Below, piece by piece: positions 1-13,100 of a DNA stretch of 64,000 bases. Source of the stretch: Ptychomitrium polyphyllum. Its lineage: Eukaryota. Under the pieces are notes generated by a model. It was given only the letters and a program-made list of their open reading frames with translations. It was not told where the DNA came from and did no database searches. Location of the stretch: contig OZ316775.1 in the NCBI GenBank assembly GCA_973851085.1, positions 2,542,001 through 2,606,000 on the forward strand. The letters run 5' to 3'. Within the stretch, counting starts at the first letter, position 1. Each line of letters starts with the position of its first letter. The position numbers and the translations under genes are program-made.

Positions 1-2855
1 ATAATTTAAGAAATGGTTTTAAGATAATTATTTATTTCAAGTTTCTTTCTTTAAGATGCATTGCAAAACTTGAATTTTTCAAGTTGAAAGCTTTTTAAGA
101 TGAATTTCAGCTACACTCGATTTTGAAGATAGAAATGCATTGCAAAATTTAACACAATTTTCATTAAACGAATTTGAAATAAGAATAAATTCTATAGAAT
201 CATTCCTGTATTTCTTTATATTCAACATTTCTTCAAGTCTTTCATTCAAAAACTACCTTGAATACAAGGAAAAACTATATTTTGAACACACTATCAAAAA
301 TCACAAAATACCTCTATTCTATGACAACAAATGATATAATCCTTAGATCTAACATTATTATTCTTATCCTTTATTCTTTCTCATTCACGTCTTATGGAAG
401 TCAATATCCTAAACTGAAAACTTATAGTTTAAAAAAAATAAAAATTGTCTCACTACTTTTCCATTTTTTTCTATTAACTTTTCATTAACCTTCAATCTTA
501 GTATTAAAGATTATTCAATAATATCCCTCATCTAACCTTTAAATCATATGAATTACTTACTATGTCTCCTTTTCCAATGTCCATGTAGGCTTGTGGCCTT
601 AGAAAGAACAGCCTCCCAATTGCTACTTACTGGCCTTAAGGAAAACATAAGTGAATACATGTTCTTAGGGAAATAGAAGCAAAAAAAACTGTTAAAAGGA
701 AAAATGGCATAGCAAAAAAAGAACTTAACAGATGCTGTGTTGCAAGAAGGAAGAACAGTGACCACCAGTAGTCATTCCAATACCACTGAGAACACAAGTT
801 TGCTTCAGTGGATGGGCAATGCACATTGTACCAACTGGCAAACTCTGTGTGAGATCGGTTAGTCTGTGCACCGCACCAAGTTGTTTTTTGAAGGGTAGAT
901 ATTACAGTCAAGAGTGGAGACACGTTGGAAGTTGTATTTGATCTACTCAGGTTCACTTTCTGTCTGTCTCTTGGTTCCCAAACTTGGATCATAATTCAAT
1001 CAAAGGAATACTGCACGTCCCACTTTACAGAAGTTAATACTACAGCATACCATTTCCAGCTCACAACAGGGTTCAGTTTTTAGATAGACTTCTGGTTACT
1101 TGAGTTTGCAATTGGCTCCGTCATTGGGAGCCTTCAGTGAAGGAGACTTGATCCCAGTTGTGAGCTTTTAGCCAATGCCATTCCTGGATTTCATTTGGGT
1201 TTACTGAGTTGGACACTCATGTCTGAACATTGTCAAGCCCTTCTCAGTTCGCATAGGAGTACTGCACTTTGCCTGCTGACATCCTTGATCGTGACGTCCA
1301 TATTGTTTGGAAACGATGAGATTAAATGTGACATGTATTCTTCGATTTGCGTGCTCCTTGGGCAACTTCAACCAGTGACTTCTGATGCTGAAGTTGGTTG
1401 AAGGAGCTGCTTTTCTGAAGACGGAATTTTTGAAGGCTTCTGATTTCTAGCACTGTCAACTAGTTGTTACTGTCTTCAGGTTATAAAGCAGTCTAGGCCT
1501 GCAGTCAGTAATAATAGTTTAATAATAGTCTTAGACTTTCACACAGGAAAGCTGAGGAGAGAATCCAAAGTGGAGTTGGTAGACACATTGCTTAGAAAAC
1601 TGGACACGCTACTACCTGTCGACGGGTGTCCTCGTCAGTGGGCCAGTTGGAGCGCTCATACTCTTTAGTCTAAACAAACTGATGGAGCAAATGGTTAATA
1701 TAAATCAGTAATGACTAAGCCAGTCTAGATTGCCTCTGTTAAAGCCCATTGGAACCAGATGTCGTCTCTTGTGATACCAAAATGTAAATACGTACATCCA
1801 ATCCAGCAGTATACATGTGATGTCAAGCATCATAAAGTAAGAACACCCACTACCACACCATTACTGTTTAGAATTGTTCAAAAGCTTGACATCTTTGAGA
1901 AGCAATCAGGCACAAAAGTCCTCAACAATGCAGGGACTCAAACAGGGAAGAACACATTCTGGAACCAGATGCAATAGTTGTTCAAACGTTTACAGAAGAA
2001 ACAATAAATCCCTCAATAATTAACTATCACTCAGTGTTCGGGATAGTACATTTACCTTCAGATGCGGACATGCTAGTCAGCAACTGCTCAGAGTTTATTA
2101 AGACTAAAGCTCCTTCGTAACCGTGTTTCATTAGCTATTAAGCGGCATTCAGACAATGACTAAATTCCACAAGTGAGATCTATTTCTGTCGAACAAACGT
2201 AGGCCTGGCAGAGTAAAATGACCCGAAGTATTGGTCTCGGATTGAGAGATTGTCCTTATAGAGAGCAGGCTGTTCGAGTGATTAGATACCAGAGCAGCAG
2301 ACGTATGAAATATTGAGAAGACATAAAAACTGCGGTGATCAAGACTGCAGTCATTCACTCAAAATTGGGAATACAACAGAAGCTGAGATTTTAATTATTA
2401 ATCAAAGTAATGCATTGAGGGACACTGCAAAAGGTTATACAATAATCTCCACTTGAATATGAAACTTGAGCGACCTTGAATAATCTATATTCTATTGTTT
2501 ACAGGTGCAGCTAAATTGTGAAACTCAAGTTGACATTCTTTTGTGTATCCTAGCCAGGACTCCCACATGTCCAAAGCTTTGAAAGCAAGAGGAATAGCAG
2601 AGGTATGATCAATTTGCATGGATGTAGCACAAGCCACTAACAGTGACGTCTGCACAGCGTTAAAAACAGTGTCTCCATGGAGAACCAAGTATCTTCCAAA
2701 TGGAGATATCCAAAAGCAAGGGAGAAGAGATGCGAAAAACATTCCTAACTCACAACTACTGTTAAAATTAATTTGATATTCTAGTTCCGTAGTGAAAAAA
2801 ACTTCCTCGTCACAAAAAACCACTACTGCTTAAAGTAAGAAAAATATATAATATA

Positions 2856-4776
2856 TTACTCATTGTAATGGATAGCGCCAACTTTCCATACAAGAAACGC
2901 AGTGCCTAACATTAGTCCTATAATTAGCAAAAATGAGAAAATTAAAAATATGTCACCTGGTCTCAAATTAAACGAAAATTTATCAGCGTCTTTCTCCTCC
3001 TGAGTCTGCCTCACATCATCAAAAATGTTCTTTGGTACAATGGGTTGCCCAAATTTAGTCGTCTTCCCATCCTTCTCTCCCTGCTTGAAAGCATCAAGAA
3101 CCTGCATTGGCAGAATATATCACTCACGATTAAGCATGAAACAGGCAGTGCATGTAAATACCTTCACCTCTTCGTGCATCTGTATACCAGATACGTAACA
3201 TCAAAATACTTCTGATATTCGGCATACTAACCATATCGAATAGTGCAAACATGATTGTGACCGTTTATAAATAAAGTGCATGAACTTAAAGACACGCTGC
3301 AATCAGTATGTAGAAATCACGAATGTGTTCTAAGGTAGAGAACGTCATTAGAAAAGCAACAAGACAATGAAGTAGGCTAAAATTCTAGCACTAAAAGCAG
3401 CCTTCTATTCACATAACAAGTTCTGCCTAACTCGGAGCTTCACAAGCAAGCTGCACACAACCCTGTACCTGCTTTCCAGAATTTATCATTGTTCGCCCTG
3501 AGCTGGTCCGATTATACTGGCTTGGTGGAGATGACATTTGCGATTTCAGTCTATCGGCGGCAAAAGGCGACACTTTTCCGGTGGGAAAAGCACCGGCTGA
3601 TCCATCGTCAATCAGAGATTTCGGCTTCACAGAGATTGGTGGTTTGGTGCTTTGTGCCTTCACAAATACCGATGGTGTTGAAGCCAAATCAGGCTTTGAG
3701 GCCGCCTTTGAGGGATCCGTAGATGTAGTTTTCCCATTCTCAGCCCGCTGGGATGTTTGGTTTGCAATCTTAGAGGAAATTTTCCCAGCTGCAAATGGAG
3801 AAGGGGTTGAGGTCCTTGATGAAGTAGGCTTCTCGGTCGAACTTGTTGACTCTCCTTTCTCTTCCTCACCCTCAACTGCTTTATTATCTCCGCTTACAGC
3901 CTGAGTCCTAACATACCGACCAGATTCCGTGCTGACATTCAAAAATTGTGCCTGCGAGACACTCAAACCCTCCTGAGATACTTTCTACTAAATTGTACAA
4001 AAAACATGCGAATCCTTAAATTGCTAAACCCTAGACGTCAGAATGTCAATGCCGCATTATCTAAAAGCTTCAAAATCATTACATCAAACAATTCAGAATA
4101 ACCAACACCGATTTGGTGGCTCACGGTGAGGGGTTCAATACTCAAGGGCCACAAACATATGTTCCCTCAATTATCGATGCATTCAAAATGCACCATAGCA
4201 TTTCAGCCTCAAATTTCGAAGGTAACTAGTTCAAAATGCACCCGCCTTTAACATCGTCTACGGCATTTACTAGAACCCTTTAACATCATCAAAACCTTGG
4301 ACAATCACCATAATATATATCAAAATCTAAGCAGAGGCTGAATGAGGCAGGGGATACCAAGTAACCACTGAGTAGGAATTGGTATGTCGACGCATGCAGA
4401 GATTCAAGAAGTTTGCACGGCTTACAGAGTCAGCATAGGCAGAAGAGCGCTGTTGAAATGGACGACGCGCCCTCACCGAGGAGAAACGCGCTTTCTGCTG
4501 GCTGGCACACAGTGTGACTTCAGGCGAACCGACGACCGAGACACGATTACCACAGAACCCTGAAGCCGAAGCCAACGAGCCTCCATCTCTCTGCAACGAA
4601 CAACGAGTGTCCATAGTAAGTACAACCTTGGCTCAAACCGTCGCCCTAAACCAATCACTCCACCGCGAACCAAACCAGAAGTCGCAAAAGAATCCCAGAC
4701 AGAGTGGAGAGATTCGCACCAACGCAGAGGACAGCGCCGGGTGATGCCCCATACTGGCAGCAGCAACGCTCGCCAT
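2856..4776 (-). CDS. Uncharacterised protein (~323 aa) with a transit-peptide-like N-terminus, S/T/P/K-rich middle and one C-terminal transmembrane helix
   Basis: Hand-spliced exons 4776-4720, 4590-4426, 3972-3469, 3101-2856 (all GT-AG, phase 0, 972 nt). Starts MASVAAASMGHHPALSSAL; ends ...DIFLIFSFLLIIGLMLGTAFLVWKVGAIHYNE*. Family not recognised. Confidence 0.75.
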
Positions 4777-5194
4777 TGCTGGCGCAGCAGCAGATACAAG
4801 ATTCACCAGCACCTCAACTCAGCTCACTCAAAAGCCACCGGAAAAAATTGCCAACGCTTGGGTTTTTGAGAAGTGGAAGACGCTGACGGCAACCCTTGTG
4901 ATGAAATAACGGACCAAACTGTCCAACACTTGGGCTGCAAACCGTGGAACAGAAGCGGTGAGGCTGATACAGTCTAGACGCAAGCAGCCATAGCCACAGC
5001 CCAGGCACACCTGGCCATGCCGAGACAGGATATGTATCTTCATCCACAACTGCGCACTCGACGACCCTCATTCATTCTCGTCGGAGAGTGCTTTTACATG
5101 GGAGTCCTTGAAAACCGTCAGTTTTGGGCGCGTTTGGGTCCCGGTTTCATTCTCTCGTTCGGGGTTGAAGTTGGTTTGTTGGAGTTCAGTGAAG

Positions 5195-6970
5195 ATGCAG
5201 CACACATTGGCAGCTGTGGGGCGCGCAAGCTGGGGCAGCTTTGCGTGTTTGCCATCACGGATTAACCTGTACAGAACCGTCCTGGTGAGCAAGCATCCGT
5301 TACGCCCTGGGTTAGGCGTAGGTTAGCACAGCAGGGTTTGGCATGGATTCTGGGTCTTGATGAGTGCGTGAGAGTGAGTTCTTAGCCCCCTATCATCGCT
5401 TAGGATTCCTCTGCATTTTCAGATGGATTTGTGGATCATACACTCGTGGGTCATCTTTACTTCTGATTTTTGAATGATCACCGTGCTCTACCCTCTTTGC
5501 AGACGAGTAGTGGACGTGCTGGAGCTGCGACAAAGCTTGGGAGGTTGATTGGCGCCAGGGAAGCGGTCAATTCTTGGGTTCCGATTCGTGCCGCAAGTCA
5601 AGGTGACGCGATTTGTACTTGCTCTCTGTTTTTCCTTGTTTTCTTGACGAATTACGTATGTGAGTTTCCCCTAATTTTACGAAGCAGATGATGCTTTTCG
5701 TGTCATTGGACAGTCTTTGGGGCTGATCAGGCTCAATGAGTTGTGGTTTTGAAACAAGCTCTGTCTCTCTTCTGCTCTAATGTGGTTACATCGAGAGACG
5801 ATAACTTGATATTTTGAGGTTTAGTATGAAGCGTTATATCCCGTGTGTGGATTTTCTGTCACATGAGTGGTGATTGACAATAGTTAGGGACTCATGCAGA
5901 AGCCTCCGGTGAGATGGCGCTCGAGAAGAAGAAGTGTGTCCCCTGTGAGACCGGCAAGCTTCAGCCCATGTCTGAAGTGAGAGCCCAGTCTTTACTTCCG
6001 GAGGTTTGTTTTCCCATCCTTCTCGCGTGTTTGATCCTTTTCTCTGTTTGAAATTTATGCATCAGAGGCTCTGTATAATTCCACTTTCTCGACTCGACTT
6101 GGTTAATTACGGCTTTGTCAACAGCATACACTGGTGGTAGGTCTACTACTGGAATTTTCGTGATTCTTGTGGTTATCTGGTCTCAACATGGGGTGATTAT
6201 GATGTATGATCTAAATCTAAATTGCTAGCTTCGTTGAGCAGGTTTCAGGCTGGGAGCTGAAAGAGATTGATGGGGTGCTGCAGCTGCACAGAAGCTGGAA
6301 AGCGAAGAGTTTTATGAAAGGTTTGGAGATCATGAAGAAGGTTGCTGATGTTGCTGAGGCTGAAGGTATGTATATTTCAAGCATTTCATCTCTGAGCTAC
6401 TCTATTTCTACGTAGGCTGGATCGCACAATTTCAGTCGCTCTTGTTATCTGCCAATTACAGAAGTTATTTTCAGTGATTGGTTTTCTGCTACGAAGGATA
6501 ATGCTGACGAATGATGAATTCATCTATATTTTTCTTGTCACTGGTGTTCTGATATTGTAAGAGTGACCCTGCGCACAGGGCATCATCCAGACCTCCACTT
6601 AGTGAACTGGAACCAGTTGAGCATCAATATTTCGACCCATGCAGTAGGTATGCCTTCGTCAACTTCATCGCATCTCTTCAAAGCGCCACAAACTGAGAAA
6701 GCAATGCAGTCAGTGTTCTGAACTTCAAGTCTGCTTTTATCACACTAAAGGCAACAAGTTGTTCTTTTCATGAATCAATGTATTCAGAAGCACTCAGAAC
6801 GTTTTCCTTGATTATTCAGCTCATAAATCACTCTAGGATGATTGCTCTGACGATCTTCTATTGTTCATGATGCAGGCGGATTGACTGAGAATGACTTTAT
6901 TGTGGCAGCAAAGATTGGGGCGCTTGATCTCTCTGATCTTGTACGCAAACCCAAAGCAGTTGCAAAGTAG
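5195..6970 (+). CDS. PCD: Pterin-4-alpha-carbinolamine dehydratase (PCD/DCoH family), probably organelle-targeted, ~197 aa
   Basis: Exons 5195-5284, 5503-5602, 5888-6003, 6242-6365, 6579-6647, 6876-6970 (594 nt, in frame). Contains KKCVPCE, AEAEGHHPDLHL and THAVGGLTENDFIVAAKI, typical of the PCD family. The first two exons (targeting peptide) are less certain. Confidence 0.9.
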
Positions 6971-9900
6971 ACCCTGAAAGCAACCCCTTGTTGTGGGGAA
7001 TGTGCTGGATCAACTGTACATTCTGAAACCTTGTCATATTGGATCCTGCATGTTCATGTACTTGAGAAGAACCCTGTTTGCATCACGCATAGTTTTTGCA
7101 TGAAGCTTCCTCTCAAAACTTGCTTAGATGTACCGTGTACTGACTTAAGTTTGGTTGTGAAGTCAAAAGTGATGATGTTTCACAATTGACTTAAGTATTT
7201 ACGACAATCCAACAGTCCCTCAATCCTTTTCTAGTCTACACTAAACCACACAACTCCAACAGAATCTACTTGGTAGCGTATGCACTAGCAACGTCTTGAA
7301 GAATGTTGCTTAAAATGATGTATGCTCTTCAATGAGAACGGCTTTGTAGCAGAGATGAAACATCTTCTTCCACTACATCCTAAACATAGGCTAGCATGTG
7401 CACAAATAATATAAGAAAAAGATGAAGAATGATGATCTAGAAATTGTTGTAAATGTAGTGGGTTTTTGTGCTACATTCTAACTCTAAGTCTACAAGATGG
7501 TGGATAAGGGTGTACATGTATTAAACTCGTTAATGAAAGGTGAGCTTAAATATCCTTAAAACCTATTCTATCTATTTACTACCACAACAAAGATTCATGA
7601 CTTTTAAGTATTAAAAATTTAGTAACTATTATATGTATTTTCATTAACCATTGAATTTTTGTCACTTATTGTATACAATAGGTATAAGCTTAATACAAAT
7701 GAGATTATAAAAATTACATTAATTACATTAAGGAAGCACCTAACATTGTATAGTGGTCATTTAATGAGATTTGAATGGTTATACATTCATTAAGTGAGAT
7801 GATAGTTATTGTTAGGTTGGATAATTTTGGCCTTATATAAAATCATTCTTTCAAAATTCATAAAATTTAAAATAAAATAAAAAACATTTACAATTTCATT
7901 GGACTTCAATGCTTAATGTCCTATCCACTCAAAAGTTGTCAAAAAGTTTCCACAACTTTAGCAAAAGGCGGACCTACCTAAGTGGTACCGGGTCGTGCAC
8001 GGTAATGGATACAGTACATAGCGGTTGCCCAAACCTACACAAAGCCCAAATTCCAAGGACACGGTGAATTCAGTCGATGCTTAAGTCCATCCACCGTTTC
8101 CACGACGTCACAGCCTGACCAGCGCAATGCAACTCACGACTCCCTCGACTACCAATCGCCAACCGCACTCAATTCACCGACCTCAACACGCCCCACCCCT
8201 CCCGTCCCGTCCACCCGTCGATAACAACATCCAAACCAAAAATTCAACCCCGCTCGATGACGTCCTACGACAACCCCATGTCCTCACATACCGTCCTCCA
8301 GTCCGCCCCACCGACCGCCGGATGCCAACACCAACCCCTGCGCGAAACATGTACCCAATCCCGTCGGAACTCATCGCCGTCGGCTCCCAAGACCGATCTA
8401 GTCTACCAAATACGTGCAATTCAACTGTCAAAACGCCTAAATTTAGTAGATAACGTCGGATTTCCCAGACCGCGGCGATCGGTCACCGATAATGAATTTC
8501 ACCTAGTCCGTACTCGTAGATTTCAGGAACTGAAACGGCGGTGATTTTTGGAGTGGATGTTGGTCGTGGATCAGCACTCAGAAATGTACCAGGAATGAAC
8601 ACCCAGAGTGCGACCATTCTTCGATTGGGAGATTGGGCGTGAGCGAAGACGAAGGCTGATATTTTGGGAGAAATGGCAGCAACGATGGCCAGACTGCAGG
8701 TCGGCGATGCTGTGTGGGAGACGATGAGGGCGGCGTGCGTTGTGGCTGCGGGTTTTTGTTGATCGGTGTGGTGTGAAAGTGAGGTCCGAGCTGGAGGTTT
8801 GGGATCGCGTTGTAGTGGAGCTCCCTGGGCGGTGATCGAGGCGCGAGCGAAGTTTTTCAAGGACTGCAGTGTGGGGGGCAGGTAGGGTTTCGAGTTTGCT
8901 TGGAGTCCAAGGTCGCAGTTTGAGCTATATGTTGCGTCTGGAACTGGAGTTCGGTGTGTGCTTTATACCTTTGCTTGGAGTTTCTGTTGAGCAGGGTATG
9001 TTAGCGAGTGTGTTGGTAGTTGAGTGGTTTGTTTTCGGGTCCAAGTTGATCGTTGCGTGATATCGGTACTGATGATGAAGGTGATGTGCGATGGTTCTGT
9101 GATGGGGTCTATCTTAGTCAGGCAGTGCGGAGGTATGGTGCAATGTGCGTGCTGTTATGTGTGAACAAATGGTTCAATGTGGTTGTCGTTGACTTGCTAC
9201 GCTTGTTGATAGAGTTGTAACATGCAGTGGCGATGTGCGATGTTCATGGCTTTGGTACGAGAGAAGGGTTTGAGGAAAGGCAGAAGCTGTTTCTTCGTGG
9301 GGAGGGACCATGCGTTAATGCTGCGTTTTGGACGTTCTGTTTTGAGAGGTCTCAGGAAGGGGTTTTATGTTTGGTTGAGAGTTTCATAGGGACATAGTCT
9401 TGCGTGAGCATTGTGCCATGGAGAACTTGGGAGAAGTGTTCTTTAATGCTACATACTTCATTGGTTGAAAGCATGTTAAAGGTTTCGGGATTTATTGGAA
9501 ACGTGGCGTCGAAGTTGTGACGCTATCGTGCGGTTTCTGTGGTTCCTAGAATTTGAGCTACTTTTAATCCTAGACTTGTGGCATGCTTCGTTTTGATCAT
9601 ATCGCAATTACTCAGCACGTCCTCATTGGACTTCCCCTATGGACGATGATGCGGACAACGTTTTGCTGTCATTGTATTTTGTCTCGGGTTCGGGTTTGTC
9701 ACAGTAATCCAGTTTTCAGTGAGTCTCTGAGACGCCTTGTAGCGTTAAGTATCGTTTCCTCCAAACTTTGATTTCTTTTATTGAACGTAATATGAGCTTT
9801 TTAGAATTTTCAGCGAGAGCACTGTAGTCGACATACAATATGCGTCCTCAGTTGGATTTCTATTTATCGTTACACGGGTGCGTTTCATGAGAACCACCTT

Positions 9901-10170
9901 AATGTTAGAAGAGATGGTGATGTATATGCTTCGGATGTACTTTGGGTGAGTCGTGGTCAGCTTTTAGGCCTAATAGAAAATTGCAGCGATCGTTTATTGA
10001 GGATGCTTATGTACTTTTTTCTGCAATCATCCCATATGTTGTTAAATTGCGAATTTCTAAATTTTTAAATATATTTTCAGGATCTGAAATCAAAGACATC
10101 GATGCCAACATAGTGTGGAGGACTGCAAAGTAGAAAGAGGCTATCTCGATTGAGGTGGAACTTGTTCCAG

Positions 10171-13100
10171 ATGAAGATTCGACGGGCTATTCCAATTACA
10201 GTTCTGGGGATTCTATTGGATTTCTGTTTGGTAATCCCTACGTTGGGTAAATTTTTTGTGGAGACAAACAGTTTGACCGTCACGTCACCGGCATCGCTGA
10301 AGGGAAGTCATGATTCAGCAATCGGTAATTTTGGGGTTCCTCAGTACGGTGGGACAATGGCCGGAACAGTGGTTTATCCTGCCAAACAAGCCGATGGATG
10401 TACTCCTTTCGCAGAATCTCTCAAAGGGCCGAATACTGGAGGCCGTCCAGTGTTTGCCCTTCTTGATCGCGGAGGTAGTACTCTGAACAGATGATTGCCT
10501 TCTGTGTAACTTGGCGGCACTCAAATTTTCGTGCTTCTTGTGTCTTGTGTAGTTTTTCACCTCCCCAGGTGTAGAATGCTCCGCAGTTCGAACTCGTGGT
10601 TTGTTGGTTGGGGTTTGTATCTGCCTTGTTTGCGTTTTATTGACGTACTTCATGCTGCCGTTACATTTCGGTCATTTCGGTCATTTCTTTTGTATGCCTT
10701 TTTTTCCGTGCAGGATGCTATTTTGCTTTGAAGGCGTGGAATGCGCAAAATGCAGGAGCAGCAGCTGTGCTTGTGGCGGATGACAAGGTGGAACCCTTGA
10801 TCACTATGGACACACCTGATGAAGGAAAATATTCTGACTTGACCCAAAACATCACTATCCCATCTGCTTTAATTGGCAAACATTTTGGCGATGATCTTAA
10901 ACGAGTTATTGCCGCAAACGAAATGGTGAATATAAATCTTGACTGGAGAGAGTCTCTTCCTCACCCAGATGAGAGAGTTGAATACGAATTCTGGACTAAC
11001 AGCAACGATATATGCGGGCCAAAATGTGATGCTCAAGCTGAATTCAAAAGCAATTTCAAGGGAGTAGCTCAATTGTTGGAGAAAGGCGGGTATACCAGCT
11101 TCATTCCCCACTACATCACATGGTATTGCCCTCAGGTAACATATTCTCAACCATGTGTCTCTGGTCTTCCCATTTCAACAACATGAGACCAACTGTTCTC
11201 CTCAGTTTAATGGAATGACTAAGTATATACTCGAGTGATTTTTGTACTGGAAGGGCAATATAAAGTTCAACTCATATGGTAGTTTTATAAGCTATCTAGA
11301 ACCATAAGTACGTACTCACTAGCAATACATTGCAGCAAGACTATGGTAACTTGTCCTCTTAAGCATTTGATCAGTGATGGCATTGACGATGCCATGCCCA
11401 CTAGATGTTTGTAAATTTGTTTGAAACAAAAGATGAAGCTGAATGTGTTTTTTACTGTTAGGTCAATAGATACGTATGCATGCATTATTACTTCCTTTAC
11501 ATTTTAGATATACAGTTGTGAGTCAAGTATATGAGCAAGTTAAACCTAATACTGATCTGTGAAGGTCGCTTTTTTATTTTATATCTGTCCTTGTTTTATG
11601 GACAGTGGAGGAAACGTTGTGAAACTGAAGCCATGCTAATCAATAAGGTGACTTGGTATTCAGGCGTTTATCGAATCCAAGCAGTGCAAGTCCCAGTGTA
11701 TCAACAGAGGACGGTATTGCGCTCCTGATCCGGAGCAGGATTTCAACAAAGGGTACGAGGGAAAAGATGTTGTACTGGAAAACCTTAGACAATTGTGCGT
11801 TTTCAAAGTTGCTACAGATGCAAAGCGGCCTTGGGTTTGGTGGGACTATGTCACAGACTTCCAAATTCGGTGTCCCATGAAAGACAAGTTGTATAACCAA
11901 GAATGTGCCGAAAAAGTTATGACCTCGCTTTGTGAGTTCCATTCGTCACTTCATCTTCTAATTCTTAACATTCTTGGAATTGCTTGGTTTTTTGTCAAGA
12001 ACATCAGTTTGCTTGGTAGTTTTCTTAAAGTAAGAAGATTTGATGATGCCTTGATACTTGCAATTACTTTGACTGAAGGCCTCATCAGAACCTTTGTTCT
12101 TTTAAAAATCAAACCTAGTTTTGATCCTTTTGAGTTGAAAGTTATTGGTCTGAGCTTTTATAATTTCGTGAAGCATGCAGTGTACAGTTAATGAAATTTT
12201 CAGTAAAGAGTTATCTGACACTATGCATACGGAATTTTCTAGACGTTTGTAAGAGGACATAATTAGTATCATGGTCTACTGACCTAACAACTGTGGCATC
12301 GTGCAGCTCTAAGTGTTGCAGATGTCCGCTCATGCATGATGAATCCTGACTTGGATCAAGACAATCTTCTACTAAAAAAAGAACAAGATGCGCAGGTGTG
12401 TAATATTTCAAATTAATTCTTCAGACCAGCAGTTGCCCTACATGAAAGAACAATTTGCTATTTGAATTTTGACTGGTTTCTAGGTTGTTCTCTCATTCTC
12501 ATCATTTCCGTTGGCATAAGTCCCCTCTGCTACAAGATAACTTTTAATTAGATTGATGAACTCGTAATGCTGTGCATTTTCGACTTACAAAGCTTTATTG
12601 ACGTTCTTCTATTTCCTCTAAATTACTGTGGCAGTGTGCGACTGATTTTGTATATGATAAAGCAAGTCTTAACTTGTCACGCATTGCCCCAATAATGTGG
12701 AGGAAATAGAAGAACATCAGTAAATATTGTATAGCCAAATTGGACAGCATGTCAGGTTCACGCTCGTATAAGAGTTTTCTAGGAGTTGCATTTTAGCGCA
12801 TTGATATTATTTGTTGCAATAAAGATTTCCAATGACATTGTTCTTAATTTTCTACCGCAATGGCCTACAGGTTGGCACAGGTACACGTGGTGATGTCACA
12901 ATTTTGCCAACACTAATCATCAATAGCAGGCAATACAGAGGTAATAATTTATCAAATCATATATTGGTTCCACTTTCAACTTGAACAGCTAAGTACGGTA
13001 CTTGCATTGGACTATTTTGTCTTCCTAATCCAGTGATGGTGGAAAGTGCTCGGTCTACCATAGTTCAAGAGCAAGTTCAACAGCTTGCCTGTCGAGTGTG

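Noticed and set aside
553..1500. Short ORFs at the window start
   Set aside because: No recognisable motifs or consistent exon chain.
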